Shown here piece by piece: positions 17,512 through 26,016 of a stretch of 32,000 nucleotides of DNA. The first letter of the stretch is position 1. The number at the start of each line of letters is the position of its first letter. The stretch is from Idiomarina loihiensis L2TR. Lineage in GTDB: Bacteria; Pseudomonadota; Gammaproteobacteria; Enterobacterales; Alteromonadaceae. The notes beneath the pieces are model-generated. The model worked only from the letters and a program-made list of their open reading frames with translations. It did no database searches and was not told the origin of the DNA. The DNA lies in assembly GCF_000008465.1 (NCBI RefSeq), contig NC_006512.1:480001-512000 (forward strand), written 5' to 3'. The translations under genes were made by a program, and so were the position numbers.

Positions 17512-18444
17512 ATGAAAGTAGCCGTATTAGGTGCGGCCGGTGGTATCGGCCAGGCATTGTCATTACTTCTGAAAACCCAATTACCAGCAGGTTCAGAATT
17601 ATCGTTGTATGACGTTGCGCCAGTAGTTCCAGGTGTGGCGGTTGACTTAAGTCATATCCCTACCGACGTAAAAGTAACAGGCTTCGGTAAAGACGACTTA
17701 GCATCAGCATTAGTTGGCAGCGACATCGTATTGATTCCTGCCGGCGTACCACGTAAGCCGGGTATGGATCGCTCTGACCTGTTCAACATGAACGCCGGCA
17801 TCGTTAAAAACCTAGTGCAAGGCGTTGCAGACAACTGCCCTAACGCCTGTGTTGGCATCATTACTAACCCAGTAAACACCACGGTTCCAATCGCTGCCGA
17901 AGTCCTGAAAAAAGCAGGCTGCTACGATAAGCGTAAACTGTTCGGTGTTACTACGCTGGACGTTATCCGTTCAGAAGCCTTTGTTGGTGAGTTGCGTGGT
18001 CTGAACCCGGAAAACGTTAATGTACCAGTTATCGGTGGGCATAGCGGCACAACCATTTTGCCATTGCTGTCTCAGGTTGAAGGCGTTGAGTTTACAGAGC
18101 AAGAAATCAAAGACTTAACTCACCGTATCCAGAATGCCGGTACTGAAGTTGTCGAAGCCAAAGCTGGCGGCGGTTCAGCAACCCTTTCTATGGGTCAGGC
18201 AGCAGCACGCTTTGCCTTGTCACTGCTGAAAGGCCTGCAAGGTCAGGACACTATCGAGTGCACCTACGTAGAAGGCCCGGGCGACAATGCTAAGTTCTTC
18301 GCGCAGCCAGTACGCTTAGGCAAAAACGGCGCCGAAGAAATCCTGTCTTACGGCAAGCTAAGTGCATTCGAACAAAAATGCATGGACGAAATGCTAGACG
18401 GCCTGAAAGGCGACATCCAAACTGGCATCGACTTCGCCAGCTAA
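17512..18444 (+). CDS. mdh: Malate dehydrogenase
   Basis: 310 aa. [16 protein letters not shown] Rossmann motif, [24 protein letters not shown]. Collinear with E. coli Mdh. Confidence 0.95.
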   Translation: MKVAVLGAAGGIGQALSLLLKTQLPAGSELSLYDVAPVVPGVAVDLSHIPTDVKVTGFGKDDLASALVGSDIVLIPAGVPRKPGMDRSDLFNMNAGIVKNLVQGVADNCPNACVGIITNPVNTTVPIAAEVLKKAGCYDKRKLFGVTTLDVIRSEAFVGELRGLNPENVNVPVIGGHSGTTILPLLSQVEGVEFTEQEIKDLTHRIQNAGTEVVEAKAGGGSATLSMGQAAARFALSLLKGLQGQDTIECTYVEGPGDNAKFFAQPVRLGKNGAEEILSYGKLSAFEQKCMDEMLDGLKGDIQTGIDFAS

Positions 18445-18650
18445 GCTTTCAGCAATCCGCTCTTGAAAATATTGGGGCGGGCCAGCATTGGCTGGCCATT
18501 GCAGGTTATCTTCCGAAAGACGCCTGCAAGTACGTCCCTGTAAGGCTTGGGCAGCGCCATCCTTGGCGCTGCACACTTTCTCCAGATAACCCACAATGGC
18601 GTATCGCCAATACTGACCACCCCCAATACTTCCACGCTATTTGCTGAAAG
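18445..18650 (-). repeat. Family-A structured repeat, copy A3 (divergent, longer arms); begins at the base after the mdh stop
   Basis: Core GACGCCTGCAAGTACGTCCCTGTAAGGCTTGGGCAGCGCCATCCTTGGCGCTGCACAC. Arms are unrelated in sequence to A1/A2/A4 but self-complementary: CTTTCAGCAA/TTGCTGAAAG, ATTGGGG/CCCCAAT, GGTTATCT/AGATAACC. Confidence 0.85.
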
Positions 18651-18654
18651 TTAT

Positions 18655-18663
18655 GTAGCCTGA
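18655..18663 (+). repeat. Left fragment of a REP unit split by the IS
   Basis: GTAGCCTGA. It continues at 20046 (CGTTCACGTCAGG), reconstituting GTAG plus an 18-nt hairpin. Confidence 0.8.
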
Positions 18664-18748
18664 TGAGATGGTCCCCTCCCTCCTAAGCGGCATCGCAATG
18701 TGCCAATATAGAGGTTCAAGCTTCTATAGAACAGAGTGGAGAGGACCA

Positions 18749-19780
18749 ATGGCTATTGTAAACAGAATTGCCCTGGATTTGGCAAAGGATTTTATTCAGG
18801 TTTTGGCGCTGGATGAAAATGAGCAGGAAGTTTTTAATAAAAAACTGCGCAGCAATAAAGTGTTAGCGAAGCTGGCGACGCTGAGCCGTACGGATGACTG
18901 TGAAGTAGCGGTTGAGTCCTGCGGCATGAGTCATTACTGGCGCCGCGAATGTGAAAAGCTGGGTTATAAAACGGTGGCGTTGCCACCGCGTTTCGTCAAA
19001 GCGTACCTGCAGGGTGAGAAGAACGATGCGAATGACGCCCGGGCAATAGCCGAGGCGGCATCACGACCCAACCGTCAGACGGTCAGGCTGAAAAGCATTG
19101 AGCAGCAGGACTTAGCATTGATGGTCAATCAGCGGGAAGGCTTCGTGCAGACGAGAACGCAGTTCTCGAATAGGTTGCGGGGGCAACTGGCCGAATACGG
19201 CATTCTTTTACCGAAGCGAGTCGGTACGATATTACAGAGAGTACCGGAGGTACTGGAAGACGACAGCAATGCGCTGACGCTTCAGTCACGGGACCTCATC
19301 AACCGGCTCTATCAGATGCTGCGAGCGGTGGATGAAGAAGTTAAAGCGCTGGATAAGCACTTAGCGACACAGGCCGAAAGGAATGAAGACAGTCAGCGGC
19401 TGATGACCCTGCCGGGTATCGGACCGATAACAGCGACCTCGCTGCTGGCACTGATAGGTGATGTGAGTGAATTTAAACGCGGCCGCAACCTGTCGGAATA
19501 CCTGGGACTGGTACCACGGCAAAACAGCAGTGGCGGTAAAGACCGTTTAGGCGGTATTACCAAAAAAGGGAACACCAAACTCAGGACACTGCTGGTGCAT
19601 GGCGCCCGCTCGGCACTGCGGGTGGCACAACAGCGCCACGACAGGCTGAGCCTCTGGGCACAGGATGTCGCTAAACGCAGAGGCAACAACGTTGCAGCGG
19701 TGGCACTGGCTAACAAGCACGCCCGGATAATCTGGGCGATGTTAAAGAATAAAGAAGATTACCGGATGACTGCTGCTTAA
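18749..19780 (+). CDS. IS110-family (DEDD/RuvC-like + Tnp domain) transposase/recombinase
   Basis: Start at MAIVNRIALDLAKDF, with a GGAGAGG SD 5 nt upstream. The ORF-track start at 18668 reads through the terminal IR and is unlikely. Motifs: ALDLAK, VESCGMSHYW, KNDANDARAIAEA, LPGIGPITATSLLALIGD, VPRQNSSGGKDRLGGITKKGN. Confidence 0.9.
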   Translation: MAIVNRIALDLAKDFIQVLALDENEQEVFNKKLRSNKVLAKLATLSRTDDCEVAVESCGMSHYWRRECEKLGYKTVALPPRFVKAYLQGEKNDANDARAIAEAASRPNRQTVRLKSIEQQDLALMVNQREGFVQTRTQFSNRLRGQLAEYGILLPKRVGTILQRVPEVLEDDSNALTLQSRDLINRLYQMLRAVDEEVKALDKHLATQAERNEDSQRLMTLPGIGPITATSLLALIGDVSEFKRGRNLSEYLGLVPRQNSSGGKDRLGGITKKGNTKLRTLLVHGARSALRVAQQRHDRLSLWAQDVAKRRGNNVAAVALANKHARIIWAMLKNKEDYRMTAA

Positions 19781-20045
19781 CAGCATTCAGTAAAAGAGCA
19801 CAGCGAAGGTTCATTCCTTCCGGGAGTTGCAAACGTCAACAGGATGGTAAAATAGGGTAAACCGACGACAACTGAGACTGTTGAACGTCCGTACATAAAG
19901 TACGTTAGCCTGATAAGCCAGTTGTCGTGCGGAGTTCATCCAGGCCAGGTGCGCAAAGCGCGCACCATAAACAGGCCGTATATATGCGAGCGCCCCGACA
20001 TTTACCACGAGTTGCCGTTGCAAAACGGGAGGGGACCATATATGA
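19781..20045 (+). ncRNA. Candidate bridge/seek guide RNA region in the IS 3' non-coding end (target-binding module at 19862-19932)
   Basis: Stem 19862-19874/19919-19932 encloses an internal loop and hairpin 19890-19904. Loop side 1, TGAACGTC (19882-19889), is the reverse complement of the right flank GACGTTCA (20044-20051). Loop side 2, TAGCCTGAT (19906-19914), is identical to the left flank (18656-18664). Transcript ends and the donor-binding module are not resolved. Confidence 0.5.
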
Positions 20046-20046
20046 C
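20018..20046 (+). promoter_or_regulatory. Outward-facing sigma70-like promoter at the IS right end; improved if the IS ends are joined
   Basis: TTGCAA (20018-20023), 17-nt spacer, TATGAC (20041-20046). Joining the right end to the first IS base (T at 18664) would give TATGAT. Confidence 0.3.
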
Positions 20047-20100
20047 GTTCACGTCAGGAGTTATCTTTGGACTTTCCACCTGATGTGAATATCAGGCTAC
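20046..20100. repeat. Right fragment of the split REP plus its intact inverted partner REP (REP doublet)
   Basis: CGTTCACGTCAGG (20046-20058) ... CACCTGATGTGAATATCAGGCTAC (20077-20100), which is the reverse complement of GTAGCCTGATATTCACATCAGGTG. Confidence 0.8.
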
Positions 20101-20111
20101 GAAAATGGTTG

Positions 20112-20275
20112 GAGGGCAGGTTGCTCACTTGTGAGCGTTACGAGTGTTGATAGCTTCTGTAGCGGAGTGTCGAAGGCCAGGGATGGCCTTCGTCAAGCCC
20201 TCATGGATGAGCTCGTAGCGTCTCCGCTACAGAAGCTATCAATGCTCAAGCGAAACAAGTGAGCAATCTGCCCTC
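20112..20275 (+). repeat. Family-C structured repeat, copy C2
   Basis: Same architecture as C1, with compensatory arm changes: GGTTGCTCACTT/AAGTGAGCAATC and GATAGCTTCTGTAGCGGAG/CTCCGCTACAGAAGCTATC. Hairpin loop is AGGGAT. Confidence 0.9.
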
Positions 20276-20276
20276 T

Positions 20277-20337
20277 CCCAAGCCCTACAGGGAAGTACTT
20301 GGGGGCGTCCTCCGAAACAGAACCCGCTCCCCCAAGG
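20277..20337 (+). repeat. Partial family-A copy (core 3' half + one arm), opposite orientation to A1-A5, fused to the end of C2
   Basis: CCCAAGCCCTACAGGGAAGTACTTGGGGGCGTCCTCC... equals the reverse complement of the A core from GGGCTTGGG leftwards. Ends 7 nt before the ispB stop. Confidence 0.8.
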
Positions 20338-20343
20338 CATTTC

Positions 20344-21318
20344 TTACGCCACCCGGTCGACTGCAAGGTGGGTTAGGGTGAGCAGGGCTTGTTTGTAGTC
20401 GGAGTCGGGGAGTTCACTTAGGGATTCACGCGCTTGTTCGGCGGCTTCTAAGGCTTTGTCGCGGGTGTACTGCAAGGCTCCTGTCCGCTCCATAGCGGTT
20501 AGCACGGTTTGTAAGTGCTCACGTCCGTCGCCTTGCTCAATGGCTTCGCGAATCAGCTTTTGCTCTATTTCGTTGCCGTGCCACATGGCGTATAGCAAGG
20601 GTAGTGTAGGCTTACCTTCCGCTAGGTCATCACCGGCGTTCTTACCCATAGATTCGCTATCCGCGGTGTAATCCATTAAATCATCTACCAGCTGAAAAGC
20701 AGTGCCCAGGTAACGACCGTAGTCGGCCAGTTGCTGGGTTACTTTTTCGTCTTGTGCGGTTAAGACACCGGCTAACTCTGTAGCTGCTTCAAACAACTTG
20801 GCGGTTTTGCCGTAAATAACATTAAAGTAGCTGGCTTCTGAGGTATCTGGGTCGTTACAGTTCATTAACTGCAGTACTTCACCTTCAGAAATGATGTTGG
20901 TGGCATCCGCTAAAATCCGCAGAATCCGCAGTGAGTCTAAATCGACCATTAACTGAAAAGCGCGGGTATAAAGGAAGTCACCAACGAGTACGCTGGCTTC
21001 ATTACCGAACACTGCGTTGGCGGTTTTGCGTCCGCGGCGCAGTTCCGATTCATCAACGACATCATCGTGAAGCAGAGTCGCGGTATGAATAAACTCGATA
21101 ATCGTAGCAAGTTTGCGGTGATCGTTACCTTCATAACCCAGAGCCCGACAAGCTAATATGGCGAGCAGCGGCCGTAAGCGTTTACCGCCACTGTTGACAA
21201 TATAAAGGCCTAATTGGTTAATTAAGGCAACATCCGATTGAAGTTGTTCACCTATTAATGCATTAACACCAAGCATGTCGTCTTTGGCTAATGCGTTAAT
21301 GGACTGCATATCCATCAT
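20344..21318 (-). CDS. ispB: Octaprenyl-diphosphate synthase
   Basis: 324 aa. Collinear with E. coli IspB. First and second Asp-rich motifs present (LLHDDVVDES, DDLMDY). Divergent from rplU, as in E. coli. Confidence 0.92.
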   Translation of the reverse strand: MMDMQSINALAKDDMLGVNALIGEQLQSDVALINQLGLYIVNSGGKRLRPLLAILACRALGYEGNDHRKLATIIEFIHTATLLHDDVVDESELRRGRKTANAVFGNEASVLVGDFLYTRAFQLMVDLDSLRILRILADATNIISEGEVLQLMNCNDPDTSEASYFNVIYGKTAKLFEAATELAGVLTAQDEKVTQQLADYGRYLGTAFQLVDDLMDYTADSESMGKNAGDDLAEGKPTLPLLYAMWHGNEIEQKLIREAIEQGDGREHLQTVLTAMERTGALQYTRDKALEAAEQARESLSELPDSDYKQALLTLTHLAVDRVA

Positions 21319-21507
21319 AGATATCTGTTTATTTACAAAATTTAACGGAAAACAGATGGTACACTATTTATAGCAGAGCGGAAACTCAATCCGCGGTAAG
21401 CGGTGCCGCTTTTAAGTTCAAATTAAGGGTTGCGATCGCTGACTGGATTACGTACAATTCGCGCCCTGATTTGAATTTGGATGCCCAATAGGGTTGTGGA
21501 GAATAAT

Positions 21508-21819
21508 ATGTACGCAGTATTCCAAAGTGGCGGTAAGCAGCACCGTGTGTCTGAAGGCCAAATCGTCCGCCTGGAAAAACTGGAAGCAGCTACCGGTGAT
21601 GTAGTTGAATTCGACCAGGTTTTGATGGTTTCTGACGGCAACGATGTAAACATCGGTGCTCCGTTCGTGTCCGGTGGTAAAGTGAAAGCGGAAGTGATTG
21701 ATCACGGTCGTGGCGATAAAATTAAAATCGTTAAGTTCCGTCGTCGTAAGCATTCTCGCCGTCAACAAGGCCATCGTCAGTGGTTCACGGAAGTGAAAAT
21801 CACTGGTATCAACAGCTAA
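21508..21819 (+). CDS. rplU: 50S ribosomal protein L21
   Basis: Start at [14 protein letters not shown], the canonical L21 N-terminus, with a GGAGAA SD upstream. The 9-codon upstream extension in the ORF track is unlikely. Confidence 0.95.
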   Translation: MYAVFQSGGKQHRVSEGQIVRLEKLEAATGDVVEFDQVLMVSDGNDVNIGAPFVSGGKVKAEVIDHGRGDKIKIVKFRRRKHSRRQQGHRQWFTEVKITGINS

Positions 21820-21834
21820 TTAAGGAGTAACGAC

Positions 21835-22092
21835 ATGGCACATAAAAAGGCTGGTGGTTCTACTAAAAACGGTCGCGACTCAGAGAGTAAACGTCTCGGT
21901 GTTAAGCGCTTCGGTGGTGAGTCTGTGTTAGCAGGCAACATCCTGGTTCGTCAACGTGGTACTAAGTTCCACGCTGGTGCGAACGTTGGTATTGGTAAAG
22001 ACCACACATTGTTTGCAACCTCAGAAGGCAAAGTGTCTTTTGATGTGAAGGGCAGCAAAAACCGTAAATTTGTGAGCGTTATTACTGACTAA
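21835..22092 (+). CDS. rpmA: 50S ribosomal protein L27
   Basis: [24 protein letters not shown]..., the canonical L27. AAGGAG SD. Confidence 0.97.
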   Translation: MAHKKAGGSTKNGRDSESKRLGVKRFGGESVLAGNILVRQRGTKFHAGANVGIGKDHTLFATSEGKVSFDVKGSKNRKFVSVITD

Positions 22093-22126
22093 TAATGTGA
22101 ACATAAACTGAAAAGTTTCGGTTCTG

Positions 22127-22155
22127 AAAGCCCTGCCTTACGGCGGGGCTTTTTC
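22127..22155 (+). terminator. Rho-independent terminator after rpmA
   Basis: GCCCTGCC-TTAC-GGCGGGGC stem (one G-T pair) followed by TTTTT (22150-22154). Confidence 0.75.
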
Positions 22156-22199
22156 ATATGTGCTAGAATTTTGCACAGTATTCTATAAGTGATAAGTAG

Positions 22200-23415
<1,216 letters not shown>

Positions 23416-23434
23416 GCATTAAGGATATCGCCGA

Positions 23435-23935
23435 ATGAAAATATCACTCGTGGTTGCTATGGCCGATAATCGGGTTATTGGAAAAGATAACAAAATGCCA
23501 TGGCACCTGCCGGACGAGTTGCAATATTTCAAAAAAATTACCTTAGGTAAGCCAATTGTTATGGGGCGCCGGACTTTTGAGTCAATTGGTCGTCCTTTGC
23601 CCGGCCGCAAGAATATCGTTCTAAGCCGTCGAACGGATCGTTCGGAAAATCAGGACAGTCAGGTGGTTTGGGTGTCTGGGGTGCAACAGGCAATAGCCGC
23701 TGCAGGTCCGGTTGAGGAACTCATGATTATCGGCGGTGGAAAAATTTATGAGAAATTTTTACCCCTCGCAGACCGACTATATGTTACTAAAATAGAACTA
23801 AATGTTGAGGGTGATACTTACTTTCCCGATTATCATCAAGTCGCCGACTGGCAAGAGATAGAGCGGCAAAACTTTGCCGCTGATGAGCGCAACTCCCATA
23901 ACTTTAGTACTCTTATTTTCGACAGAGTAAGTTAA
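23435..23935 (+). CDS. folA: Dihydrofolate reductase
   Basis: 166 aa. Collinear with E. coli FolA (VIGxxNxMPWxLPxxLxxFKxxTLxKPxxMGRxTxESIGRPLPGRxNIxLS, GGGxxYExFLP, THFPDY-like YFPDY). Confidence 0.93.
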   Translation: MKISLVVAMADNRVIGKDNKMPWHLPDELQYFKKITLGKPIVMGRRTFESIGRPLPGRKNIVLSRRTDRSENQDSQVVWVSGVQQAIAAAGPVEELMIIGGGKIYEKFLPLADRLYVTKIELNVEGDTYFPDYHQVADWQEIERQNFAADERNSHNFSTLIFDRVS

Positions 23936-24045
23936 TAAGAAGTTATAAATTCAGTAACTTACATGTATTTTAAGCCATTGCAGCAGGCTTGAGTTCGTAG
24001 TATCATCTTGATGAATTTTTGAACAATCTTGTGATGGGGTTTTAG

Positions 24046-24420
24046 ATGAAAGCAATTGTATTAGGCACCATGATGGCTGCCGTTGCGGCAACTGGCGTAA
24101 CGTTTTCAAAGAGCGCAGAGGCAAATGAATTAGCCTTAAGCTTATGCACATACGTACAGGGTGATGACACCATGCGTATGCGTAAAAAATTACGTGATGC
24201 TCGTGTCCGCGTACGCGATATTTACAGTGGTATTCAGTGTAATGGTCAGAGCTTATTGCAATTTGCCATGTCAAATGGCTCACAAGACATTGGTGAGTTC
24301 ATTGTTGGTCGCTTGTCAGTAGATGAACTGAAAGCTTCTGGCGACTACGAATGGGCGCAATCTAACGGTCATGGCAGCAGTGCAATTGCAGTAGCAATTA
24401 AAGATCGCGCTGGCCTGTAA
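24046..24420 (+). CDS. Small secreted protein of unknown function (possibly DUF3718-like)
   Basis: 124 aa with a signal peptide (MKAIVLGTMMAAVAATGVTFSKSAEA). Followed by a good terminator. The family name is from memory only. Confidence 0.6.
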   Translation: MKAIVLGTMMAAVAATGVTFSKSAEANELALSLCTYVQGDDTMRMRKKLRDARVRVRDIYSGIQCNGQSLLQFAMSNGSQDIGEFIVGRLSVDELKASGDYEWAQSNGHGSSAIAVAIKDRAGL

Positions 24421-24446
24421 GTTAGGCACTAATAAAATTATTTTCT

Positions 24447-24476
24447 AAAAGCCTGCAATTTTTGCGGGCTTTTTTA
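24447..24476 (+). terminator. Rho-independent terminator
   Basis: AGCCTGCAA-TTT-TTGCGGGCT stem followed by TTTTTT (24470-24475). Confidence 0.75.
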
Positions 24477-24567
24477 CATCTTCTAACAAATCAATCAGTG
24501 ACTTACCTTGTAATTCTCCCCTGTTCTCTACGACAATAGATCCGTTGCATATATAAACGGAACCGCT

Positions 24568-26013
24568 ATGAAACAATGGATGGCATTATCGCTACTGTTA
24601 CTGGGACTGATACCGCATAGCGGTCAGGCACAGACAAAAATAAATGAAGCTTCGGGCTGTTATTTACCCGGCGTGCAAGAGAAACTGCACTGTGGCACAG
24701 TTTCAGTTCCTGAAAATTACGAACAACCCGACGGCAAGCATATTGGTATTTACTACGCGATTCTTCCCGCTATTCAGGAAGGAGCGCAAGCCGATCCTAT
24801 GCTCATTCTGGCCGGAGGGCCGGGACAGGCCGCTACCGAATTAACTCCAATGATAGCGCGTATGTTCGAAGCGGTGCGTCAAAAGCGCGATATCCTTCTA
24901 ATTGATCAGCGTGGCACAGGTAAAAGTCACCCGCTTGAATGTGGTATTGAACGCCCTGATGAATTGATACGAGCTGACGATGAGCAGGACCTTAGAGCCT
25001 TGAGTCGTGAATGTCAGGAACAGTACCCTGATACAGACACAACGCAATATCATACGGTTAACGCAGTTAAAGACTTTGAGCGAGTACGTGAACATTTAGG
25101 TATAGAGCAACTGAACCTTTATGGCGGCTCTTATGGAACGCGCGTTGGACTAACTTATTTACGTGAAGCACCGAGCTCAGTTCGTACGGCTACCCTCGAT
25201 GCCGTAGCTCCGCCTCAGGTGATCATCGGGCCTTTTGGTCAACACGGAGCCAATGCATTTGACGAAATGCTCAAAGACTGTTCCGAACAAAGCCCGTGTC
25301 ATGAGAAGTTCCCTAACCTAGAGCAAGAATACTATGAGGTGATGAGTGAGCTTGAAGCTGAGAATATATTGCTGGAAACGCGTGACCCCCTCTCTTTTGA
25401 GCCGCTGGAAATAAAACTGACTCCCGGGCGTTTTAGCTCAATTATTCGTGTTGCTTTATATCACCCCAGTACTCGTCAGTTATTGCCTTACGCGATTCAC
25501 TCAGCAGCTGAAGGAAACTACCATGCAATACTGGGGCTGATGGGCGGTACTATGTCACAAAACAGTATTTACCTGGGGCTTATGCTCTCGGTTGTGTGTG
25601 GCGAAGACTTGCCAAGGGCGACTCCTGAGCTTTTCGCTCAGGACGGCAACAATGAGTTTATTGGCAGCCGCACCGGTGATGCCTTTGTCGACATGTGTGC
25701 GGGTTGGCAATCATCGAGTGTTCCATCTTATTGGTCCGATCCGGTTGTTAGTGATAAGCCGGTTTTGTTGTTATCGGGAGAGCTGGACCCGGTGACGCCT
25801 CCGGAATGGGGCGAAATTGCCCACAGAACCTTACCTAACAGTAAACATCTGATTGCACCTAACGCCGGGCATACCATAGCCAGCCATACCTGCGCTAATA
25901 AGCTCATTGCAGATTTTATCGAGCAAGGTTCTATCGAAAATATTGATGGCAGCTGCTTAAAAGAACAAAGGCTGAAGCCATTTGTGCTGAACCAGAATGC
26001 AGCGGGGCTATAA
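24568..26013 (+). CDS. Secreted alpha/beta hydrolase, S33 / TAP-like (prolyl or tripeptidyl aminopeptidase family)
   Basis: 481 aa with a signal peptide. LAGGPGQAA, DQRGTGKS and the nucleophile elbow GGSYG. C-terminal TAP-like block (PVLLLSGELDPVTPPEWG...NAGH). Confidence 0.75.
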   Translation: MKQWMALSLLLLGLIPHSGQAQTKINEASGCYLPGVQEKLHCGTVSVPENYEQPDGKHIGIYYAILPAIQEGAQADPMLILAGGPGQAATELTPMIARMFEAVRQKRDILLIDQRGTGKSHPLECGIERPDELIRADDEQDLRALSRECQEQYPDTDTTQYHTVNAVKDFERVREHLGIEQLNLYGGSYGTRVGLTYLREAPSSVRTATLDAVAPPQVIIGPFGQHGANAFDEMLKDCSEQSPCHEKFPNLEQEYYEVMSELEAENILLETRDPLSFEPLEIKLTPGRFSSIIRVALYHPSTRQLLPYAIHSAAEGNYHAILGLMGGTMSQNSIYLGLMLSVVCGEDLPRATPELFAQDGNNEFIGSRTGDAFVDMCAGWQSSSVPSYWSDPVVSDKPVLLLSGELDPVTPPEWGEIAHRTLPNSKHLIAPNAGHTIASHTCANKLIADFIEQGSIENIDGSCLKEQRLKPFVLNQNAAGL

Positions 26014-26016
26014 ATA

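Larger units (their letters stand above)
18664..20045 (+). mobile_element. IS110-family insertion sequence, IS1111-like subgroup, inserted in a REP hairpin
   Basis: Single DEDD-type transposase ORF. Perfect 13-bp subterminal inverted repeats ATGGTCCCCTCCC (18668-18680) / GGGAGGGGACCAT (20027-20039). TGA at both junctions with no longer duplication. Short 5' (85 nt) and long 3' (266 nt) non-coding ends. Boundaries are ambiguous by 1-3 nt because of the shared TGA. Confidence 0.8.

Noticed and set aside
18668-18748. A 27-codon N-terminal extension of the transposase ORF (MVPSLLSGIAMCQYRGSSFYRTEWRGP).
   Set aside because: - It starts inside the terminal inverted repeat of the IS.
- The canonical IS110-family N-terminus (MAIVNRIALDLAK) has its own GGAGAGG SD at the right distance.
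19811-20023. A 70-aa minus-strand ORF inside the IS 3' non-coding end.
   Set aside because: - It has no SD and no recognisable family.
- It overlaps the stem/loop module whose segments match the insertion target, so the region is better explained as non-coding RNA.
21481-21507. An upstream start for rplU (MPNRVVENN...).
   Set aside because: L21 proteins begin MYAV(F/I).... The internal ATG at 21508 has a GGAGAA SD directly upstream.
23951-24283. A 110-aa minus-strand ORF overlapping the 24046-24420 plus-strand ORF.
   Set aside because: - The plus-strand ORF has a clear signal peptide and is followed by a strong terminator.
- The minus-strand product is His/Cys/Ser/Leu-rich with no signal for expression, and it runs antisense.
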